From an uncultured Candidatus Saccharibacteria bacterium (GTDB taxonomy: Bacteria; Patescibacteriota; Minisyncoccia; Minisyncoccales; MHMH01), in assembly GCA_964482335.1 (NCBI GenBank), contig CAYZXA010000002.1, forward strand, positions 586-64,585: DNA of 64,000 bases, given 5' to 3'. Of this stretch, positions 1 to 6,200 are shown piece after piece. Positions within the stretch are counted from its first letter, which is position 1. Each line of letters begins with the position of its first letter. A program made the position numbers and the translations under genes. The notes under the pieces are model-generated. The model was not told the origin of the DNA and did no database searches. It saw only the letters and a list, made by a program, of their open reading frames with translations.

Positions 1-1490
1 TCATCTAACCAGATTTCATAAGCTGCCATTGAATCTCCATTTGGATCAGAATAGGTCCAATAAAAAGTAGGGATGCTTTTCCCTTTAAAGGCGCAGTGAT
101 TCCACTCTTCACCCGCTGTATCTCCGCCTCCAGATCCTGAGCCTGGTCCTGACAAAGGATTTCCAGGCTTGTTAGGAGGTTGATTACAATCTGCGTCTGT
201 TGAACACTGGTTTGAAGGACAAGAAGCAGAGGCAGAGCAAGAACCCCAGGTACAATTGCTCTGACAGGTTTGGGAACCAGTATCAGTATTGGTATCAGTT
301 AGACATTGACTACCGCTACAATAAGTATATGAACAGCTATCCGAACAAGATAGAGTTGAGCCCGGGGAGCAGACTCCTTCACCAGTACAAGAGCCCCAGG
401 AACCCCAGGTACAATCTGATTGACAAGTGCTGGATTGAGTTCCGCAATCACCACAGTCTTGAGATTGAGTAGAGCCCGGAGAGCAGACTCCTTCATCAGT
501 ACAAGATTCCCAGGATACAGGCCAGGTACAACCTGATTGACAGGTTCTGGATTGGTTTCCGCAATTACCACAGTCTTGAGATTGAGTAGATCCTGGGGAA
601 CATACGCCAACACAGGAACCTCCACTACACCCACACTCACACGGATTGCAATTAGAGAGCTGAGTTCGAAATCGAGTTGGCTCACCAGAGACACATTCTC
701 CCCCAGAACAAGAATAACTATAGTATGCTTGACTCTGGCAAGTGCATTCATCGGTACCTGATATACTGCAACAATCATAAGAGGAATCAATATCATCCCA
801 GCCATCTGAAGGACATAAATCATCGCAAGTATCATCTACGACATTGGCACCATAAGTACAGGATCCGCCGCTACATATCTGATGATATCTTTGGCATTCA
901 TCAGTGTCACTGCAAGAATAAGTGTCAGGGCAATATTCCCAACTCCAGTCACACTCCCAACCTGAGTATCCACATTCAGCATGACCATCATAATAATACC
1001 AGTTCTCATCATCGCAACCCGAAGAAGTACAGGTCGGTTTTGCACTGTCTTCATCAACATACCAACAGTAGCTGACTTCGCCAGGAACCGTACAGTAATT
1101 AGTCCCTAAAGAGGAGACATTGTAGTAACAAGACGAGTCCGAGACACAAGTGGCTGGACAACCAACATTAGTATAACAAGTCAGTGTATCTAGACATTGG
1201 GCGTCTTCCTCTCCTTTTTCATCAGTAGCCAGACCGCAAATATCATAATCTCCACTTACGGAACATTCAAAATCGCAAGAACAAGAGCCAGATGAGCCAG
1301 ATGCTGAACAACTTGCATCACAGGGTGAAGCTACGCTACATTCAGCAAGATTCCCGTCATCATCTGAACAGTTTACCGTAATTGTAACTGTGTCGCCGAT
1401 TTCTATAAGAGTAGCCTGAACTGGCTGTGTTTGGATTAAGCCAATAAATAAAAATAGGCCGAAAAGAGAAATTATGGTTTTTTTATTCAT
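1..1490 (-). CDS. Cysteine-rich secreted repeat protein, paralog of 6201..8672 (partial; C-terminus lies beyond the left window edge)
   Basis: Absent from the ORF track because no stop lies inside the window. My hand translation of the minus strand from ATG 1490..1488 stays open for all 496 codons. It starts [26 protein letters not shown] (signal-peptide-like) and is very Cys-rich. It has two [30 protein letters not shown] repeats and ends ..[26 protein letters not shown], colinear with residues ~440-637 of the 823-aa paralog. Its ATG overlaps the rSAM stop (ATGAATAA). Confidence 0.85.
   Translation of the reverse strand, partial: MNKKTIISLFGLFLFIGLIQTQPVQATLIEIGDTVTITVNCSDDDGNLAECSVASPCDASCSASGSSGSCSCDFECSVSGDYDICGLATDEKGEEDAQCLDTLTCYTNVGCPATCVSDSSCYYNVSSLGTNYCTVPGEVSYCWYVDEDSAKPTCTSSGCDDENWYYYDGHAECGYSGWECDWSWEYCPDTYSCSDTDECQRYHQICSGGSCTYGANVVDDTCDDLCPSDGWDDIDSSYDCCSISGTDECTCQSQAYYSYSCSGGECVSGEPTRFRTQLSNCNPCECGCSGGSCVGVCSPGSTQSQDCGNCGNQSRTCQSGCTWPVSWESCTDEGVCSPGSTQSQDCGDCGTQSSTCQSDCTWGSWGSCTGEGVCSPGSTLSCSDSCSYTYCSGSQCLTDTNTDTGSQTCQSNCTWGSCSASASCPSNQCSTDADCNQPPNKPGNPLSGPGSGSGGGDTAGEEWNHCAFKGKSIPTFYWTYSDPNGDSMAAYEIWLD
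345..606 (-). repeat. In-frame tandem coding repeats of ~114-117 bp (2 full + 1 partial) inside the partial Cys-rich gene
   Basis: Two consecutive 38-39 aa units ([14 protein letters not shown]...TC...CTW...W.SC) appear in the hand translation. The same unit occurs at 7092..7586. Boundaries are approximate. Confidence 0.7.
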
Positions 1491-2883
1491 TAACATGGGG
1501 CTGTTGCCTTGGTTGCCAACTTTGCAAAATTTGAACGTCTTCTTTGTTTAAAAATTTTTCAAAGAGATGTTTGAAAGCCTTTTTATGCCATTGACACTCA
1601 AAACTTATGGGCGGTCTAGGATAAAGGCTGTTACCTTGACCCCAATTGCAAACAAGGCAAGGGTTACAGTAAGCCATAAAGGGACAAGAACTGCAGATTG
1701 GGATAGTGTCGGGTGAAAGAGCTAATAAAGGTAAAATCTCAGCTCTTATTGTTTGGTAGTTGTCTTTAGCTACATGACCTAAATCTAAAATACCTATAAT
1801 TCTGGCTGCATCGCAAGCATTTATAGTGCCGTCACAATTATAAGAAAGAATACTCACACCTGCCCCACAAGGCCTCCGATGGCACATAGAGGGCCGGTTA
1901 GAAGACAAAATATTATTTATAAAATAGCCGGTATTTAGTTCTTTTATTTTTATTCCTTTCTTAGATAAAGAAATACAGTATTCAATCCCTTTCCTCCAAA
2001 ACTCAAAAAAAGATTCAGAATCCATTTCAATCTCGCTTTGATTAGCTAAAGCTCGGCCGGTTGGACGGAAGGGTTTAAATAAGACGCTATCTTGACCAAT
2101 CTTAACATACTCGTCAATAAGTGCTTCTGGGCCGAATTTTAATGAAAATTTGGTAATAACTGGCAAGGCATATATATGCACCTTAAAATCTGTTTTTAAT
2201 CTATTAATCCAATAAATAGTATTTTCATAACTCCCCCGGCCATCAATATAGGGTCTTTGCTTATCGTGAAGCTCTCTCGGTCCATCCAAAGAAGTGCAAG
2301 GAGATATTTTGTTCTCTGAAAGCTCCTTGGCTATCTTTTCATTCATCAAAGTTAAATTTGTTCCAAAAGAAAATCGAAGTTCTAAGTTTTTTTCTTTTGC
2401 TCTTTTTTTTGCTTCGCTATATAAAAACTTAACTAAGTCCCATCTTAGAAGAGTCTCTCCTCCTTCAATGACTATTTGATGACCTTTTACATTGGGCGTA
2501 GAGAATATAAAATCTAAAACTTTCTTTGCTGTCTCCTCGTTCATTTCTTCTTTTTTGGGCTTAGCGTCAGGATGACAATAAATACAATTCAAATTACATT
2601 TATTGGTAATAGATATGACATGATAGGTTGGATAAGTAAATAAGAACTTATTTTCTTGATACAAATCATAAGCTATTTTCCTTGTGCTTCTTTTGGTGAG
2701 GACAATGCCAGCTTTCTCTAATTTTTGGAATAACTCTGAATTCTCGTCAAAATTATTTGATTTAAATATTTGGTATTCCTCGTTAGGAAGAATAGCCCAA
2801 CCGCCATGCCTAGTAGTTATTAAAGTATTATTTGAATCAAGAGAATAAGGAAAATATTCGTTGAAAGTATGTAGAGTTGACAC
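1483..2883 (-). CDS. Radical SAM / SPASM-domain enzyme, probable peptide or protein maturase (HxsB/HxsC-like)
   Basis: 466-aa ORF with a GTG start. CNLNCIYC is the CX3CX2C radical SAM motif, and [10 protein letters not shown] is a GGE-like SAM-binding motif. The C-terminal Cys pattern [20 protein letters not shown] (C-x12-G-x4-C) ... [16 protein letters not shown] fits a SPASM auxiliary-cluster domain. About 95 aa precede the cluster motif. Confidence 0.85.
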   Translation of the reverse strand: MSTLHTFNEYFPYSLDSNNTLITTRHGGWAILPNEEYQIFKSNNFDENSELFQKLEKAGIVLTKRSTRKIAYDLYQENKFLFTYPTYHVISITNKCNLNCIYCHPDAKPKKEEMNEETAKKVLDFIFSTPNVKGHQIVIEGGETLLRWDLVKFLYSEAKKRAKEKNLELRFSFGTNLTLMNEKIAKELSENKISPCTSLDGPRELHDKQRPYIDGRGSYENTIYWINRLKTDFKVHIYALPVITKFSLKFGPEALIDEYVKIGQDSVLFKPFRPTGRALANQSEIEMDSESFFEFWRKGIEYCISLSKKGIKIKELNTGYFINNILSSNRPSMCHRRPCGAGVSILSYNCDGTINACDAARIIGILDLGHVAKDNYQTIRAEILPLLALSPDTIPICSSCPFMAYCNPCLVCNWGQGNSLYPRPPISFECQWHKKAFKHLFEKFLNKEDVQILQSWQPRQQPHVNE

Positions 2884-2893
2884 GATTTACAGT

Positions 2894-3250
2894 TTAGTTT
2901 GATTTTTCTTTGGGACCTTTCTGGATTTGGGGCAAACCTAAAGCAGCTCTAATCATTGTATCTCTTACCCCAGCATGTTTTCTGCTTTCCACATCCTCAA
3001 CAGAAGAACAAATTAATTGCTTGTTGAATTCAAAAGCCAGTTTCTCTAAATCGCCTTCCGTCACCCCTTGATCGTCTAAAATAAAGGTAATAATTACTTT
3101 ATTTCCCTCTTCGCTGATAATAATATCTCTTTTCTCAATATAAAGGTAAGCAGCGTGTAAAATTGCTGGCATAGAAAAAAGCGATTTTGCAACATCAATT
3201 GAAACACTCTTATTAAAAATATCAATTTTAAAGTTGTATTTCTCTTTCAT
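2894..3250 (-). CDS. Small soluble partner protein of the rSAM enzyme, possibly HxsD-like
   Basis: 118 aa with no signal peptide or TM segment. It starts 1 nt after the stop of the repeat-protein gene and stops 10 nt before the rSAM start. Its size, position and the segment LFSMPAILHAAYLYIEKRDIII recall HxsD-family proteins. This family call is from memory only. Confidence 0.5.
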   Translation of the reverse strand: MKEKYNFKIDIFNKSVSIDVAKSLFSMPAILHAAYLYIEKRDIIISEEGNKVIITFILDDQGVTEGDLEKLAFEFNKQLICSSVEDVESRKHAGVRDTMIRAALGLPQIQKGPKEKSN

Positions 3251-3251
3251 T

Positions 3252-3620
3252 TTAACTTACTTCTACACTATCTACTGATGGTGGGGCATTGCTAGGCCAG
3301 TCACCAGACCAGTCACCAGACCAGTCACCAGACCAGTCACCAGACCAGTCATCAGACCAGTCACCAGACCAATCACCAGACCAGTCACCAGTCCAATCAC
3401 CGGTCCAATTACTAGGCCAATTCACCCAATTAACCCAATCGTTATACGTATCACCGCTCCACTCATCATTCGGCCAGACCCCCCCCTCGGTAATTTTAGG
3501 TATTAAACCACCAGCCAATATTCCTCCAATACCCAAAGCTAATCCTTGCAACTTCCCAATACCCCCTTTCTCTCCAGAAATGAGGCCAATTAATTTTCTT
3601 TTAATTTTTTTCTTTTTCAT
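3252..3620 (-). CDS. Trp/Asp-rich tandem-repeat protein with basic N-terminus and Gly-rich hydrophobic segment; candidate rSAM substrate and/or prepilin-like protein
   Basis: I moved the start to ATG 3620, which forms an ATGA overlap with the stop of 3617..4684; the track start 3626 is TTG. The 122-aa product has a MKKKKIKRK head followed by LQGLALGIGGILAGGLI. It then has 15 Trp within ~65 residues, including ten consecutive 4-aa units W(S/T)GD. Confidence 0.8.
   Translation of the reverse strand: MKKKKIKRKLIGLISGEKGGIGKLQGLALGIGGILAGGLIPKITEGGVWPNDEWSGDTYNDWVNWVNWPSNWTGDWTGDWSGDWSGDWSDDWSGDWSGDWSGDWSGDWPSNAPPSVDSVEVS
3297..3416. repeat. 12-bp tandem repeat, 10 units (plus-strand unit ccagtcaccaga), encoding the W-S-G-D units
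   Basis: Units start at 3297, 3309, 3321, 3333 and 3357 (exact) and at 3345, 3369, 3381, 3393 and 3405 (1-5 substitutions). Confidence 0.95.
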
Positions 3621-4684
3621 GACCAAAAAAGGTTAATGAATGAATCTTTTAAAAAATATGTTAGTAAAACTCCGAATAACAAAATTGGGGCAAGAGGTAT
3701 AGTTTTAGAGATTTTTATCTCATCAAATCCTAATTTATTTTTTTTATATAACGATTGAACTGCCCTTATGTCCGACATCTCCAGACCATCTGGATTATAA
3801 CCAATAATGGGTTTATGCTTACTCCTTTCTCTTAATAAACTAAGAAAGGTAAAAAAAATTATCGGTCTTTTAATATACTTTTCTTTTTCTTTAACGATCA
3901 TTTCGGCAGGAATCATGCCCGCCTTAAGATCTTTTATTCCTGTTATTTGAGTAAAAGCAGACCGGCCTAAATAAATTATAAAAAATAAGCAGAAAATTAG
4001 CAAGGAAAAAATTGAAAACCTAAGAAAAAAAGAAGGTGTAAAAAGTTGAAGGGGGAAGAAAACTATCGTAAAAAGAGTGACAGAAATAAAGAAAAAAACT
4101 AATCTTATTTTAAGCACTTCCTCAATAAACCAGAAAAAGATAAAAAGCAAAAGAAGCCAAATAAAATATTCTATTCTTATGCTCAAAACCTGAGAAATCA
4201 GCAGACTAATACAAGATATTGCCAAAACTACTAAAAGAAAATGAAGTATAAATCGGTGACTTAATAACTGGTTGAGAGTCTGCTTTTTTTCTTTTAAACT
4301 CGTTTTCAATATAATTTGAGGGGCTAAAATTAAAAATAAGGGAATGAAAGAATTGATAAAGATAGCGAAACCCGGGAAATAACTGATACTATGCGTATAA
4401 AATGTTATCGGGAATAATGCAACTAGGGCTATAAATAATTTAGCGTCAGCAGCTGACCAGAGACCAGCTAGCCAAATGATAATAGCTGCTAATATACCAA
4501 AAAAGATATTAATTGTAGAAGCTAAAGTTTGATCAACAAAGGTTTTAGTCAGAAAAACATTGATAAAAATTGCAGCCAAAATCAAAACTAAAATGCTGTA
4601 ATTTTTTATTTCACCTTTTCTTATATCATAATAAGAAATCCACCCTCCAACCAAAACTAGAGTTAAAAGAATCGGCTCAATCAT
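3617..4684 (-). CDS. Polytopic membrane protein with A24-family (prepilin/preflagellin peptidase-like) aspartyl protease motifs and a large insertion
   Basis: 355 aa and strongly hydrophobic. It has D20 in YYDIRKGEIKN and D80 in SAADAKLF. This spacing and context resemble the two catalytic Asp of FlaK/CpaA/TadV-type peptidases. The C-terminal IPLAPILLFG resembles the terminal PFGP motif. About 230 extra residues lie in between. Confidence 0.65.
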   Translation of the reverse strand: MIEPILLTLVLVGGWISYYDIRKGEIKNYSILVLILAAIFINVFLTKTFVDQTLASTINIFFGILAAIIIWLAGLWSAADAKLFIALVALFPITFYTHSISYFPGFAIFINSFIPLFLILAPQIILKTSLKEKKQTLNQLLSHRFILHFLLVVLAISCISLLISQVLSIRIEYFIWLLLLFIFFWFIEEVLKIRLVFFFISVTLFTIVFFPLQLFTPSFFLRFSIFSLLIFCLFFIIYLGRSAFTQITGIKDLKAGMIPAEMIVKEKEKYIKRPIIFFTFLSLLRERSKHKPIIGYNPDGLEMSDIRAVQSLYKKNKLGFDEIKISKTIPLAPILLFGVLLTYFLKDSFINLFWS

Positions 4685-4698
4685 TATCGCTTATTGTT

Positions 4699-5121
4699 TT
4701 AGGGAAGTATCCTTATTCTTATTCCTTCAAGTGAGCCGTTTGGATTTACCTTAGTAGAAATAATTACCATGTCACCAATCTTGATATCCTCAAGTTCAAT
4801 ATCTGTTAAACTGACCTCTCCGCCTACCCCTAGAATCGAACGAACAAAAGTTGCGTCTTCTCTCATAGGAATAACCAAACCAGTACTATCATTAGTTATG
4901 GTTACGGTTCTGTTATTGATTTGTTTCACATCTCCCCTAGCAGTAACAATCCACTGGAGAATCATGTTTGACTCATCAAGCTGGATAAAGCTAGAAATTA
5001 GTGGCCTTGTTTCTGTTTTTGTTGCTTCTTCAACTTTCTTACTAATTCCTGAAGTTAGAACTAAGTTGGTCAGAACTAAAATTCCAATAATGATTAATGA
5101 AACTAAAACTAACTTATTCAT
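4699..5121 (-). CDS. Membrane-anchored small beta-domain protein (DUF5666-like), paralog family member 1
   Basis: 140 aa with an N-terminal TM anchor. Its C-terminus ..ELEDIKIGDMVIISTKVNPNGSLEGIRIRILP is shared with 8707..9132, 9288..9698 and 9829..10719. Confidence 0.8.
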   Translation of the reverse strand: MNKLVLVSLIIIGILVLTNLVLTSGISKKVEEATKTETRPLISSFIQLDESNMILQWIVTARGDVKQINNRTVTITNDSTGLVIPMREDATFVRSILGVGGEVSLTDIELEDIKIGDMVIISTKVNPNGSLEGIRIRILP

Positions 5122-5161
5122 TTTTTTCTTTAATTAATGAAGAACGACCTTTTCAATTTTA

Positions 5162-5170
5162 ATTATAACA
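5162..5170 (-). promoter_or_regulatory. Extended -10 element (TGtTATAAT on the minus strand), candidate promoter of the rSAM operon
   Basis: The reverse complement of attataaca is TGTTATAAT, about 40 nt upstream of ATG 5121. There is no good -35 element. Confidence 0.4.
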
Positions 5171-5209
5171 CATGGAAGACAAGGAGCCACTTTATTTAGA
5201 AAGTGTCTC

Positions 5210-5345
5210 TTAGGGCTTCTTACCAACCCTTATTACCCTTACTTCAGCTTGATTGCTATTTATTACAACAGATATATAAGAAAGCCAATCGCCTACTTTT
5301 AAGTCTTCGAGCTTCTCCTCCCCGGTATAAATGTTTGCAAATTCT
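5210..5345 (-). pseudogene. Relic of the 3' end of a DUF5666-like paralog
   Basis: The minus-strand frame reads ..YVPEFANIYTGEEKLEDLKVGDWLSYISVVINSNQAEVRVIRVGKKP* with the stop at 5212..5210. It carries the family C-terminal motif (E/D)LK(V/I)GD. It has no start codon, and an in-frame TGA lies at 5404..5402. Confidence 0.6.
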
Positions 5346-5378
5346 GGGACATACAAGATTCTCTTTTCATCCCCATTT

Positions 5379-5464
5379 GGGAACCAGTATCGATATTGGT
5401 ATCAGTTAGACATTCTGCTCTGCTACAATAAGTATAAGAACAGTCCCGATACACAAGTGGCTGG
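5379..5464 (-). pseudogene. Relic fragment of a Cys-rich repeat-protein gene (internally deleted)
   Basis: The sequence is near-identical to 270..345 of the partial paralog and reads ..DCSYTYCSRAECLTDTNIDTGS. It is joined directly to an ~18-nt match (acacaagtggctgga) to 1143..1158, and there is no ORF context. Confidence 0.6.
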
Positions 5465-5507
5465 AATTAAAATAAAAAGCCATCCGAATGCCTATCAAGA
5501 TGGCTCT

Positions 5508-6053
5508 TTAATTTTGGTAAAAAGTCAAGTAGCTGAGACGCAAGGGATCACCTCTCGCATACTGAAGCCTCGCTCCTATACTGACAAACCCATTTATTTT
5601 TATCTCTTCAAACTTCCCCTCCTTTACTGAAACTCCTTTAGCAATGGAAATATCAACATTTTCTCCGATAAAAATAGATAATTTGTCGCTCTCTTTAGCC
5701 AAATCAAGAGTCCGACCATCAATATTCACAACCTTCGCCCGGAAGATAAAAATATAGGCAGTAGCAAAAGGGCTTCCCTCGTTTAAAATCTGTACCCCTT
5801 GATAAACCAGTTTAGAATTCTGCAACTGCTCTAAAGTAATATCGGCATTTACGCTATCGTAATATTCTTCTTCAACGTCAATCATCTGCGACTCGGGTGT
5901 AACTGGTTCCTGCTCTCCGTTATCAACTACTGGACCATTCTCGTCAATTACTTGGCCATTCTCACCATTACGATTATATAAACTGTATAAACCAAATCCG
6001 ATAGCACAAATCAATACCACTACCAAAGAACCAATTACAATCTTTTTTTTCAT
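5508..6053 (-). CDS. Membrane-anchored small beta-domain protein (DUF5666-like), divergent paralog
   Basis: 181 aa with an N-terminal TM anchor (IVIGSLVVVLICAIGFGLY). The C-terminal KFEEIKINGFVSIGA matches the family motif. Confidence 0.75.
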   Translation of the reverse strand: MKKKIVIGSLVVVLICAIGFGLYSLYNRNGENGQVIDENGPVVDNGEQEPVTPESQMIDVEEEYYDSVNADITLEQLQNSKLVYQGVQILNEGSPFATAYIFIFRAKVVNIDGRTLDLAKESDKLSIFIGENVDISIAKGVSVKEGKFEEIKINGFVSIGARLQYARGDPLRLSYLTFYQN

Positions 6054-6096
6054 TTCTCTCTCCTTTTTTTGTACTTAATGTACTATTCTTTATTTT

Positions 6097-6125
6097 AGTT
6101 TAGCATGTTTTTCCACTTTTGTCAA
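6097..6125 (-). promoter_or_regulatory. Sigma70-like promoter TTGACA-N17-TAAACT (minus strand), copy 1 of a duplicated cassette
   Basis: The -35 element is the reverse complement of 6120..6125 and the -10 is the reverse complement of 6097..6102. It lies ~45 nt upstream of ATG 6053. Confidence 0.55.
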
Positions 6126-6127
6126 GT

Positions 6128-6161
6128 CAAACAAAAACTCAGCTACTAGTTTGTGGCTGAG
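6128..6161 (-). terminator. Intrinsic terminator after the 823-aa gene, copy 1 of a duplicated cassette
   Basis: On the minus strand the hairpin CTCAGCCACAAACTAGTAGCTGAG is followed by TTTTTGTTTG. Confidence 0.6.
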
Positions 6162-6200
6162 CTGTAAATAGCTAAATTAAGTTTAGTTCCACTTTTTTTA

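Noticed and set aside
200-1075. Track ORFs 200..472(+), 299..835(-), 537..761(+), 677..1075(+) and 836..1060(-)
   Set aside because: All lie inside the 1..1490 minus-strand gene but in other frames or on the other strand. Their low-complexity translations mirror the Cys-codon-rich repeats. The frame starting at 1490 is the only one with a signal peptide and colinearity to the 823-aa paralog.
3297-3416. Tandem repeats here and at 7092..7586 as possible CRISPR arrays
   Set aside because: The units are contiguous with no spacers, are multiples of 3 bp, and lie in frame inside coding genes. No cas genes are present.
3289-3636. Plus-strand ORF encoding (QSPD)n
   Set aside because: It is the antisense image of the 12-bp array. 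It has a TTG start, no RBS and no operon context, whereas the minus-strand frame is translationally coupled to both neighbours.
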